Positions 16,475 to 25,261 of a DNA stretch of 64,000 bases are shown piece by piece. Every line of letters begins with the position of its first letter. Position 1 is the first letter of the stretch. The DNA is from a virus (taxonomy: Duplodnaviria > Caudoviricetes). Made by a program: the position numbers and the translations under genes. Below the pieces are notes generated by a model. That model saw only the letters and a program-made list of their open reading frames with translations. It searched no databases and was not told where the DNA came from. The DNA lies in IMG/VR virus record IMGVR_UViG_2932454522_000001, positions 3,061 through 67,060 of that record; one strand, given 5' to 3'.

Positions 16475-19251
16475 CCCTGGCCCAACTCGTCTCACGGGCC
16501 GTGGACGCCTTCCGCACGCGCCTTGTCGGCTGGCTCTCCACTGCCCGTGAGGCCGTCACGCGTCGTGGTCTGAACGGATGGCCCGACACGTGGCCCGCCG
16601 AGGTCCCCCCATCGCTGGCACCGTTCATCGTTGAGGCATACATGAACGGCGCCGGCGGCCTCGCCGCAGCCCACCCCCGGGCCGAGCAGTACGCCCGCCA
16701 GGCTGTCGAGCGGATCGCGGCCGGACACTGGCCCGCCAACACCTACCGCAAGCTCGCAGGGCTCCCGCCCGAGGAGCGCGAGACGGTGTTCGACCCGGCC
16801 ACCCATGAGGCGTGGGCGAACGCGCTGGTGGCCACAGAGCTGCGCTCGGCGATGAACGCCGGCACCCTCACCGCCGCGCTCATCAGCGGTGCCGAGAACG
16901 GCGTCCGGATGCTCAAGACGTGGGCCATCCACATGCCGCTCGACGGCCGCACCCGCGACGCTCACCGCCACGCCAACGGCCAGACCGTGCCCGTGGACCA
17001 GCCGTTCACCGTCGGCGGGGAGCGGCTGATGTTCCCGGGCGACCCCACCTCGGCTTCACCCGCGAACACGTGGTCGTGCCGCTGCACGCTGCGCCTGACC
17101 CCGGCCCCGCTCACCGCATCAGGAGGAACGATGCCCGCCAAAACTCCCGCTGCCGTGCCTGCGCCGGGACCCGACGACATCCGATGGACCGGCCCACTGG
17201 CCCCCATCGAGCAAAACAGCGGCGACATGCGCCGACTGGCCGCCACCCAGCGGCTCGATACCCGCGAACTGCCCCTCCCGCTGCTGTTCCAGCCCGCGTT
17301 GGCGGAACGGCATCAAGGCGCCGTGCAGGGACTCGCGATCCTTCGTAACGCCTGGGTCGAAGGCGGCGTCCTGCACGGCTCCGGCACCTTCGACGGCAGG
17401 GACCCCGACGCTACGAAGATCGCGGACAAGATCGCCCGGGGCTACCTCGGGTGGGTCTCGGTCGACCTCGACAAGGCTCTGATGGAGCTGGACGACTCCA
17501 ACCCGGACGAGCCTGTCGAGGTCGTCAAGTCCTGGCGCCTGACCGGCGCAACGCTCGTCGGCCAACCGGCGTTTGATCAGCACGCCAAGGTGCGCATCCT
17601 CGACGAGGACGAGGACATGCCCATCGGCCCGATGCGCGACCCCGCCGCGCCCGTTGAGGGCGTTAACCCGCTCGTCGACGGCGAGGCGCCGCTCGACGCG
17701 CCGCCGCTGGAGGACCCGGCCGAGGCCGACGTGCCCGAGCTGGACCCCGCTACCGTCGACGACACCCTGCCCGAGGACCCCGAGGCCGAGGCGGAGCCGA
17801 CGGTGAAGCGGATCCCGCCGCGCCCCGTTCCCAAGGACAGTCCGGCGGACAACGAGGGGCCCGAAAAGGACGCCAAGAGGCCGCCGTTCCCGCCGAAGCG
17901 CCAGGTCAGCAAGGGTGCCGAGAAGGACAGTGAAGGGGACAACGGCAAGGACAAGAAGAAGGGCAAGGGCAAGCCGTTCTCGGCCGACGCCTCCACCCTT
18001 CAGCGCGCCTCCCTCGTCGCCTCGGTCATCCCGATCGCCCCGCCCAAGGCATGGTTCGCCGACCCCGGGTTCGACAAGCCCACCGCGATGCACGTCACCC
18101 CCGAGGGCCAGGTGTTCGGCCACCTCGCGGAGTGGGACCGGCCCCACATGTCCTTCCCCGGCCGACAGATCTACGCCCCCAAGTCCCCGACTGCCTACAA
18201 GGAGTTCCACGTCGGCTCGGTACTCACGGCCGAGGGCGAGTACCTGTCGATCGGCACCCTCACCGCCGGCACCAGCCACGCCGAGCACGGGCTCACCGCG
18301 TCCGAGACGATGGCGTTCTACTCCGACACCGGCTACGGCGCCGCCATCGTCCGCGCCGGTGAAGACGCGCACGGGATCTGGGTCGCCGGTTCCCTGGCGC
18401 CCGAAGCGACGCCCGAGCAGATCGCCGCCCTGCGCCGCGCGCCTCTGTCGGGCGACTGGCGCGACAACGGCCACGGCCTGGACCTCGTCGCCGCCCTCGC
18501 GGTGAACCGCCCCGCGTTCCCCGTGCTCCGCGCCTCCGCGTACGTCCAGGACGACAAGGCCATGTCCCTCGTCGCGGCCGGGATCGTCTCCGAGGCCGAC
18601 GCGTTCAGCGACTGGCCCGACATCCCGCAGGACGTCATCCCGGGCATCGGCGCGTTCGCCGCGATGATGTCCCAGGCCCTCGCCCCCGTGCACGAGGCCA
18701 TGGCGACGCTGGGCCGCCAGCTCGCCGAGATGCGCACCAGCCAGCCCGGCTTCATTCGCACCGACGACAAGCAGGCACTGGCCGCCGTCACCAAGCGCAT
18801 CAACGAATTCCGCACCGCGCCCGTCGACCGGCGCATTGCCGTGATGCGCGAGCACCCCGGCACCCGCACGAACGACCTGCGGGAGAAGGACCTCGACGAC
18901 GACGCGGAGGGCGAACTATCGCCCGGTGAACTCGCCGACATCACCGACGACTTCGACGACGACGACCTCGCCGAGGCCGAAGCCTTCCTCAGCGGCGAAG
19001 GCGACGGCGACGCCCAGGCGTTCAAGCGCAAGAACTGGGTGGAGAAAGCCGGCGGCCTGCCCCGCTACATCAAGCGGGTCAGCAAGCATCTGCGCCGCAA
19101 GGGGATGACGCAGTCCCACGCGATCGCGGCGGCGGTCAACACGATCAAGCGATGGGCTCGGGGCGGCGGCAACGTCAAGCCCGACACCATCGCCAAGGCC
19201 CAAGCCGCGCTGGCCGAATGGGAAGCGAAGCGGCTGGTCGGCCGACGGTAA
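16471..19251 (+). CDS. MuF-like head morphogenesis domain fused to capsid maturation protease/scaffold region
   Basis: KTW....DGRTRDAH..ANGQ....PF.VGGE.LMFPGDP...CRC (MuF/gp7 type), then WVSVDLD/GATLV..PAF and LSGDWR regions. Confidence 0.8.
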   Translation: MTLAQLVSRAVDAFRTRLVGWLSTAREAVTRRGLNGWPDTWPAEVPPSLAPFIVEAYMNGAGGLAAAHPRAEQYARQAVERIAAGHWPANTYRKLAGLPPEERETVFDPATHEAWANALVATELRSAMNAGTLTAALISGAENGVRMLKTWAIHMPLDGRTRDAHRHANGQTVPVDQPFTVGGERLMFPGDPTSASPANTWSCRCTLRLTPAPLTASGGTMPAKTPAAVPAPGPDDIRWTGPLAPIEQNSGDMRRLAATQRLDTRELPLPLLFQPALAERHQGAVQGLAILRNAWVEGGVLHGSGTFDGRDPDATKIADKIARGYLGWVSVDLDKALMELDDSNPDEPVEVVKSWRLTGATLVGQPAFDQHAKVRILDEDEDMPIGPMRDPAAPVEGVNPLVDGEAPLDAPPLEDPAEADVPELDPATVDDTLPEDPEAEAEPTVKRIPPRPVPKDSPADNEGPEKDAKRPPFPPKRQVSKGAEKDSEGDNGKDKKKGKGKPFSADASTLQRASLVASVIPIAPPKAWFADPGFDKPTAMHVTPEGQVFGHLAEWDRPHMSFPGRQIYAPKSPTAYKEFHVGSVLTAEGEYLSIGTLTAGTSHAEHGLTASETMAFYSDTGYGAAIVRAGEDAHGIWVAGSLAPEATPEQIAALRRAPLSGDWRDNGHGLDLVAALAVNRPAFPVLRASAYVQDDKAMSLVAAGIVSEADAFSDWPDIPQDVIPGIGAFAAMMSQALAPVHEAMATLGRQLAEMRTSQPGFIRTDDKQALAAVTKRINEFRTAPVDRRIAVMREHPGTRTNDLREKDLDDDAEGELSPGELADITDDFDDDDLAEAEAFLSGEGDGDAQAFKRKNWVEKAGGLPRYIKRVSKHLRRKGMTQSHAIAAAVNTIKRWARGGGNVKPDTIAKAQAALAEWEAKRLVGRR
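17121..17133 (+). promoter_or_regulatory. Internal ribosome-binding site with in-frame ATG
   Basis: AGGAGGaacgATG at the MuF/protease domain boundary. Confidence 0.65.
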
Positions 19252-19273
19252 ATCACAGAGAGGAACAAGGCGC

Positions 19274-19495
19274 ATGGGGTGCTGTGGCGGTGGCGGTGGA
19301 TACCGCGTCGGTCAGTGGAACTCAGGGGACAAGGCCCCCAAGGGGGCGAAGGTGTGGCGGCACAAGCTGCCCGAGGGGGAGACCTTCGACGACGGCAAGG
19401 AGACCCGCGACTTCGTGACGTGGGTCGAGGCCGACGCCTCCCGTGCCCGCATGGGCGGACGCGGCGAATACTTCCAGGCGATCGCCGAAGGGTGA
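19274..19495 (+). CDS. Small protein (MGCCGG-type, common in actinophage head clusters)
   Basis: GAGAGGA SD; N-terminal MGCCGG. Confidence 0.7.
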   Translation: MGCCGGGGGYRVGQWNSGDKAPKGAKVWRHKLPEGETFDDGKETRDFVTWVEADASRARMGGRGEYFQAIAEG

Positions 19496-19617
19496 GTGTT
19501 TTCAAGCGAGTTGGGGTATATGCTCCGCTTGCAGGTGTGTACCACGTGTTTGTGGCGTTCTGCCCCCGGGCTTTGTGCGGACTCGCCCGGGGGTGCACCT
19601 TCACCAACTGAGCGTGT

Positions 19618-19670
19618 CCGTCTGGCTGTGGGCCGGGATGCGAGGAAGACCCGTCTGGCTTCGGGCCGGG
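19618..19670 (+). repeat. Two 20-bp direct repeats, each a hairpin, in the capsid gene leader
   Basis: ccgtctggctgtgggccggg (19618) and ccgtctggcttcgggccggg (19651). Confidence 0.65.
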
Positions 19671-19731
19671 GTTGCAACACCCGCCTTCGCGGCGGTGGTT
19701 GAGGCTTTCTCGCCCAAGGACATGACTCGCG

Positions 19732-21627
19732 ATGAACCGCGAACAGCTCACACAGCTCCTTCACCAGCTCTCCGAGGCCGGCGACCCCAGCGCCCGCGCC
19801 GAGATCATCAACGGCGCGATCAGCGAACTCACCGCTGAGCAGGCCCAGGAACTCGTCGACTCCGGCCTGGAGAATTACGACGAGATCGTGGACGCCGACG
19901 GCTCGCGTACCGACGACGAAGTGGAGATCCTCAGCGCGATTGCTGACGTCGTCGAGGCCGCGCGAGGCCACCAGCAGTCCATCCAGGACGCCGAGACCGC
20001 GCGTCAGCAGCAGATCGCCGACCTCCACGGTCGTATGCGCCCCGAGGGTTCCGAGGAGCGCGCCGAGGAAGGCAGCGACGGCGACGGCGAGGGTGGCGAG
20101 CAGGGCGAAGGCGAAGGCCAGGAGCCCGCCGAACCGGCCGAGTCGGCCGAGCCCGCCCAGGCCATCGACGCCCCGGCCGAGGCCGCCGCAGCCGGTGCGC
20201 CTGCGGCCCCCGCGCAGCCGGTCGCTGCATCCCGCCGTCCCAACCGCTTCGGCGGCATGCGATCTGACAAGGCCTCCGACGTGCGCAACAACGGCTCCAA
20301 CTGGTCCCTCACCGCGTCGGCGGACATCCCCGGCTACAACACCGGCCAGGAGATCACCTTCGAGCAGCTGGTCGACGCCGCGACCCGGCGCATGAAGGCG
20401 CTGGAGCGCATCGGCCGCTCGAATGCCGCGCAGGGCGGGGTGAACATCGCCCAGTTCACGCTCAAGCGCTCCGACGACAACCTCGTGGCCCGGGACCTGA
20501 ACGACTCGCGCGTGCTGGACTACGCGGCCGACGAGCGGCGCCTGAAGGGCGGCTCTCTCGTCGCGGCGTGCGAGGGCACCGTCGCGCAGGGGGACATTTG
20601 GTGCAGCCCCAGCGACACCTTGTGGGAGTTCTGCCCCGACATGGCAAGCCGTGAGGGCATCCTCGACCTGCCCACGGTCACGGTGCGCCACGGTGGTCTG
20701 CGCTGGCCGTCGACGCCGGACTTCGGCACGGTCTACGACAAGCTCAAGGAGCACACCTGGTCCTGGACTGAGGACCAGCTGTGCGAGGTCGACGACGCCG
20801 GGGACCCGGTCGAGCGGCCGACCAAGCCGTGTGCGGAGCTGCCGTGCCCGGACTGGAACGAACTGCGGCTGCTGCCGCGCGGCATGTGCATCAAGGCCGA
20901 CATCCTGCGTAATCACAGCTGGCCGGAGCAGGTGCGCGACTGGACACAGCGCCTGATGACCGCGCATGAGCACCTGATCAACGCGGACACCATCGACCGC
21001 ATGGTCAAGCTCGTCGACCACACCGTGGAGTACGGCATCGAGGGCACCGGCGACGACGCCGGCTACTACACCGGCCCCGGCGCCGTCCCGACGCTGCTCG
21101 GCGCGCTGGAGCTCCAGATCGAGAACATCAAGGCCCGCTCCCGCATGGCCCGGGGCACCACCGTGGAGGTCGTCCTCCCGTTCTGGGTCCACGGCCTGCT
21201 CCGCTCGGACCTGTCCAAGCGCCTCGGCGTCGACCTGATCGCCGTCCAGGACAGCCGCATCAACGCGTGGTTCGCGCAGATGGGCGCCCGCGTCCAGTTC
21301 GTCTACGACTGGCAGGACCTGGACGCCGAAGACCCGACCACCCTCAAGCACTGGCCGCAGCAGCTCCAGTTGCTCATCTACACCGCCGGCGCCTACGTCT
21401 CCGCGCGCCAGGACATCATCAGCCTCGACTCCATCTACGACAGCGTGAACCTGCTCGGCGACGCCACCCACACGTCGAACAAGTTCATCTCGCTGTTCAC
21501 CGAGGAGGGCTTCCTCCTCGGCCGCAAGTGCGGCGTCGCCCGCCTCATCAAGGTCGACCTGTGCGCCAACGGCGCCACGACCGGCGGCGTCGTGCCGACG
21601 GCCAAGCAGCTCTGCCCGGCGGTCTGA
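19732..21627 (+). CDS. Major capsid protein (hexamer type) with acidic N-terminal scaffold-like extension
   Basis: Position; SLVAA...WCSPSDT, GILDLP.V...HGGL, KPC...CP and VQFVYDWQ motifs. Confidence 0.85.
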   Translation: MNREQLTQLLHQLSEAGDPSARAEIINGAISELTAEQAQELVDSGLENYDEIVDADGSRTDDEVEILSAIADVVEAARGHQQSIQDAETARQQQIADLHGRMRPEGSEERAEEGSDGDGEGGEQGEGEGQEPAEPAESAEPAQAIDAPAEAAAAGAPAAPAQPVAASRRPNRFGGMRSDKASDVRNNGSNWSLTASADIPGYNTGQEITFEQLVDAATRRMKALERIGRSNAAQGGVNIAQFTLKRSDDNLVARDLNDSRVLDYAADERRLKGGSLVAACEGTVAQGDIWCSPSDTLWEFCPDMASREGILDLPTVTVRHGGLRWPSTPDFGTVYDKLKEHTWSWTEDQLCEVDDAGDPVERPTKPCAELPCPDWNELRLLPRGMCIKADILRNHSWPEQVRDWTQRLMTAHEHLINADTIDRMVKLVDHTVEYGIEGTGDDAGYYTGPGAVPTLLGALELQIENIKARSRMARGTTVEVVLPFWVHGLLRSDLSKRLGVDLIAVQDSRINAWFAQMGARVQFVYDWQDLDAEDPTTLKHWPQQLQLLIYTAGAYVSARQDIISLDSIYDSVNLLGDATHTSNKFISLFTEEGFLLGRKCGVARLIKVDLCANGATTGGVVPTAKQLCPAV

Positions 21628-21744
21628 CCCGCCCTTCTCACGGCACCCAACTCCCTGCGCCCCGGCCGATGAATGACCGGGTCTGTTCCCTGCCGGTGGA
21701 TCCCGGCCGGGGCGCGGGGCCAGCCCACAGAAGGGAGGGCACCC

Positions 21745-22752
21745 ATGACCACCCCCACCGCACCACCCGCGCACTACGCCGCCTTGGTGCAGGTACAGCA
21801 GCCGACCCCGGCCGCAAGCCGCTACGGCCTGTACTCGGCCGCGACCGTCACCGACGAACGCGTCCGCCAGGCGTACGCGACGTGGACGACCGACACGTGC
21901 GCCGAGGGCGACTACTGGGCCCTGTGCGACCCCGAGCGCCCCGGCCTGGAAGACACCAACGCCGAGACCAAGCGCACCGACAAGCCGCGCTGGGACACCG
22001 CGTGGCCGTTCGGGATCTACGCCGGACTCGCCTGCGGTGATCTCAACACCGAGGACATCGACCGCCGTGTGCGCGCTCGCCTCGACGCCGCCGAGGAGCG
22101 GCTGATCGAGCGCGCGTTGTGGGAGGGCCGCGCCGGGATCATCCCCGCGCTCGCCTCCGACAAGGCCGTCCAGCTCGCCACCGACCCGGTCGACATCACC
22201 ACCGCCGTGGGGATGCTCGAAGAGGCCCTGGGCGGCGCGACGTCCGAAGTCGGCGTCCTGCACGCCCCCCGGCGTCTGGCCGCCCCTGCCCGCTCGAAGA
22301 ACCTCGCCAACCCCGACGGGCCCCGCCTCAAGAGCCCTCTTGGGGTGCCGTGGGCGTTCGGCGCCGGATACGGCACCAGCGGGGCTGACGGGGCTGAAGA
22401 ATCCGGAACGGCGTGGATCTACGCCACCGGACAGGTCACCGTCCGCCGCGACACCGTCCAGGTACTGCCGGGCACGCACCCGCGCACCGCGGGCTTCTTC
22501 GATCCGCCGTCCAACACGCACTACGCGATCGCCGAGCGGATCGTCCTCGTCACCTTCGACTGCCCGCTGTTCGCGGTGCCCGTCATCGACGAGACGCCCG
22601 ACGCCCCCGTGCTGCCCGCCCCGGACCCGGTGCGCGCGGTCGGCCTCGATTCCGACCACACCAGCGCGCTCATCACCTGGGCCCCCGTCCCGGGCGCCGA
22701 GGCCTACGACGTCGAGATCGCCCCCACGACCACAGCCAAGAAGGCCAAGTAA
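21745..22752 (+). CDS. Second capsid protein (pentamer type) with a C-terminal half FN3 domain
   Basis: GGGAGG SD; follows the major capsid gene; PF.IYAG..C, WAFGAGY, WIYATGQV and IAER motifs; ends with FN3 strands A-B-C only. Confidence 0.7.
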   Translation: MTTPTAPPAHYAALVQVQQPTPAASRYGLYSAATVTDERVRQAYATWTTDTCAEGDYWALCDPERPGLEDTNAETKRTDKPRWDTAWPFGIYAGLACGDLNTEDIDRRVRARLDAAEERLIERALWEGRAGIIPALASDKAVQLATDPVDITTAVGMLEEALGGATSEVGVLHAPRRLAAPARSKNLANPDGPRLKSPLGVPWAFGAGYGTSGADGAEESGTAWIYATGQVTVRRDTVQVLPGTHPRTAGFFDPPSNTHYAIAERIVLVTFDCPLFAVPVIDETPDAPVLPAPDPVRAVGLDSDHTSALITWAPVPGAEAYDVEIAPTTTAKKAK

Positions 22753-22764
22753 GGACCCCCACGT

Positions 22765-23706
22765 ATGGCTACCAAGTGCTTTACCCCGGTACTCGGGCGG
22801 CGACTGCGTCTGACCAGGGTCGACGGCTGCGGCCGGCCGATCTACGGCGCCGGCTCCCAGGCCGTGTCCAAGGGCTTCATCCAGGTCACCTACAGCGCGG
22901 AAATCGCCGAGGGTGAGGAGATCGAGCAGACCAATGCCGCCGGCGAACGCTGCGTGTACCTGAAGGTCCCCGACAGCATCAAGTACATCCAGGCGGAAAT
23001 TCAGTTCTGCGAGGTCGACCCCGGCCTCGTCGGCCTGATCAACCCCGCCAACGCCCTGGAGCTGGACGCCAACGGCGACATCGTCGGATGGCGCGAGAGC
23101 GTGGAGCCCTCCGACTCCGGCGGTTTCGCCCTCGAAGTGTGGACCGACGTCCAGGGCGAGTCCGCCTGTGACGACCCCAACGCCACCGGCGCCTGGGGCT
23201 ACATCTTGTGCCCCTGGCTGACCTCCGGCGTCATGGGCGACCTGGAAATCGGCGCGGCCTCGGTCAACTTCACCTTCACCGCCAACGCCCAGGCCGGATC
23301 GCGCTGGGGTGTGGGTCCGCACAACGTCGTCGCCAACGCAGCCGGCGCCCCCTCCCCGCTCGCCGCTCCGATCGGCACGAAGGAGGTCCGCCTCATCCGG
23401 CAGACCACCATCGCCCCGCCGCCGGCGGTGTGCGGCACGACGGATCTCCCGGCCCCGGGCGGCGCCACGCTGACCGCGACCGTCGACTCTGCCGACACGA
23501 TGAAGTTCACGTTCAAGTGGGACGGCGAAGCCGATGACGACGTGGTCGTCAACTTCAACTTCGGCGACGGCACCACGGGCACCGCGACGGTGACGGACAA
23601 CGCGGCAGAGGCCACGCACACCTACACGCAGGCCGGAACGAAGATCGCGACCGCGACCGCCGAGGGCGAAACGGTGGCCGCTTACGCAAACCCTCGCCTG
23701 CCCTGA
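22765..23706 (+). CDS. Major tail protein with C-terminal PKD/Ig-like domain
   Basis: GRRLRLTRVDGCGRP, FCEVDP, FALEVWT and WGVGP motifs; PKD motif FNFGDGT...HTYTQAGT. Confidence 0.85.
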   Translation: MATKCFTPVLGRRLRLTRVDGCGRPIYGAGSQAVSKGFIQVTYSAEIAEGEEIEQTNAAGERCVYLKVPDSIKYIQAEIQFCEVDPGLVGLINPANALELDANGDIVGWRESVEPSDSGGFALEVWTDVQGESACDDPNATGAWGYILCPWLTSGVMGDLEIGAASVNFTFTANAQAGSRWGVGPHNVVANAAGAPSPLAAPIGTKEVRLIRQTTIAPPPAVCGTTDLPAPGGATLTATVDSADTMKFTFKWDGEADDDVVVNFNFGDGTTGTATVTDNAAEATHTYTQAGTKIATATAEGETVAAYANPRLP

Positions 23707-23891
23707 TCGCACCCCCCGCTCTCCGCGCTGCCCCGTCCGATGTCTCGGACACCAGCGCGGAGATCCGGTGGGGCGCGGTGCCCGGCGCAGAAGGCTACGA
23801 CGTCACCGTCACGCCTTCGGGATCTGCGCCGGGCGGCCCAGCCCAGGACTCCACCCCGACCACCGACAACGACGATGAAGGGAGCCGCTGA
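23688..23891 (+). CDS. Cryptic -1 frame extension of the major tail protein encoding a half FN3 domain
   Basis: In-frame heptamer A AAC CCT at 23688-23694; the -1 frame reads SPALIAPPALRAAPSDVSDTSAEIRWGAVPGAEGYDVTVTPSGS...SR*, and its TGA overlaps the next ATG. Confidence 0.7.
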   Translation, partial: KPSPALIAPPALRAAPSDVSDTSAEIRWGAVPGAEGYDVTVTPSGSAPGGPAQDSTPTTDNDDEGSR

Positions 23892-25261
23892 TGCCCACTG
23901 TCATCGGGACCTCGTACACCGCGACCGGCCTCACCCCGGCGACCGAGTACACCGTCACCGTCAAGGCGATGCGCGGCGGCAAGCCCGGCGCCCCGGCCAC
24001 CGCGAACTTCACGACCAAGGGCGACGCGGCCCCGGCCAAGCCCACGGCCGTGGCCATCAAGACCGGGCCGACTGCCGCAGGCGCGGTCATCTCCTACGAG
24101 CACGCCGGCAGCCCGGCGGCGACGAAGTTCGAGTTGCAGCGCAAGCCCAAGTCGTCCGGCGCCTACAAGACCGTCGCCACCTCCACCGCGCCGGCCGACC
24201 GTGAGCTGACCGACCCGGGCCCCCTCACCACCGGCACGACTTACCAGTGGCGCGTCAACGCGCTCAACGGCGACTCCCTGCCCGCCCCCTCCGACCCGGT
24301 CGAGGGCACCGTCACCATCCCGAAGCTGACCAAGCCCGACGTGGTCGCCGACGGCAATCCCTCCACGACCGGGTTCGGCGTGAAGTGGACCAAGGTCCCC
24401 AACGTCGACACGTCCAAGGGCAAGCGGGGCTACGACGTCCGCGTCACCCCGGCCACCGGCATCACCATCAGCGACGTCGACGACTCCGGCGCCCAGGCGA
24501 AGGTGTCCTTCTCCGGCGGCCAGCCCGGCACGTCGTACTCGGTGTCGGTGACCGCGCTCGGCGACGGCACGAACTACGCCGACAGCGTCGCGGGTACGTA
24601 CAGCAACTCCACGGCCAAGCAGAAGCTCACCAAGCCGGTCCCGGTGAAGAAGGGCAACGCCTCCAACTCCGGGTTCTCCGCCGAGTGGCCCGCCGTGGCC
24701 AACGTCGACGCGTCCAAGGGCGACAAGGGCTATGTCCTCGACATCACCCCCACCGGACCGAGCGTCGGTGCGGTCGACAACACCACCGACCCGACCAAGC
24801 CGTTCGTGGCCATCACGGGTGCGAGTCCGGGCACCGAGTACACGCTGGGTGTCGTCGCCAAGGGCGATGACACCACCTACAGCGACTCGGACAAGGGCAC
24901 GGTGGCCATCTCGACGACGGCCGCGAAGCTCACCAAGCCCGTGCCGGTGCAGGAAGGCACCCCGACGGCCACCGAGCTGACGGCGAAGTGGCCCAAGGTC
25001 GCCAACGTCGACCCGAGCAAGCCCGACGCCAACGGCAAGGGCTACGCCGTCACCGTCACCCCTGCCGGGCCCACCGTGGGCGCGGTCGACGTCACCACCG
25101 ACGCCAACAACCCCCGCGTCACCCTGACCGGGGCCACCGCGTCCACCGAGTACACCGTGTCCGTCGTCGCCAAGGGCAACACGACGAACTACACCGACTC
25201 GGACGCCGGAACCGTCGCCATCACCACAGCGGCTGCCGCGCAGGCGAAGGGGTCCGAGTAG
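23891..25261 (+). CDS. FN3-repeat protein (N-terminal half FN3 plus four full FN3-like domains)
   Basis: Starts TSYTATGLTPATEYTVTVKA; one full domain then three KLTKP...W..V.NVD...GY...PGTEY...DS repeats; GAAGGGAG SD. Confidence 0.85.
   Translation: MPTVIGTSYTATGLTPATEYTVTVKAMRGGKPGAPATANFTTKGDAAPAKPTAVAIKTGPTAAGAVISYEHAGSPAATKFELQRKPKSSGAYKTVATSTAPADRELTDPGPLTTGTTYQWRVNALNGDSLPAPSDPVEGTVTIPKLTKPDVVADGNPSTTGFGVKWTKVPNVDTSKGKRGYDVRVTPATGITISDVDDSGAQAKVSFSGGQPGTSYSVSVTALGDGTNYADSVAGTYSNSTAKQKLTKPVPVKKGNASNSGFSAEWPAVANVDASKGDKGYVLDITPTGPSVGAVDNTTDPTKPFVAITGASPGTEYTLGVVAKGDDTTYSDSDKGTVAISTTAAKLTKPVPVQEGTPTATELTAKWPKVANVDPSKPDANGKGYAVTVTPAGPTVGAVDVTTDANNPRVTLTGATASTEYTVSVVAKGNTTNYTDSDAGTVAITTAAAAQAKGSE

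Noticed and set aside
19312-23712. 1466-aa minus-strand ORF and other long antisense ORFs (e.g. 14138-16495, 31079-33559)
   Set aside because: These are shadow frames of high-GC3 genes on the opposite strand, with no recognisable motifs.
23701-23878. +1 frameshift at CCC TGA fusing the tail protein directly to the FN3 gene
   Set aside because: The +1 frame stops at 23876, before the FN3 ATG, and encodes no FN3-like sequence.
24320-25230. DNA similarity among FN3 repeats read as a template/variable repeat pair
   Set aside because: These are in-frame domain duplications; differences are not adenine-specific and there is no RT.
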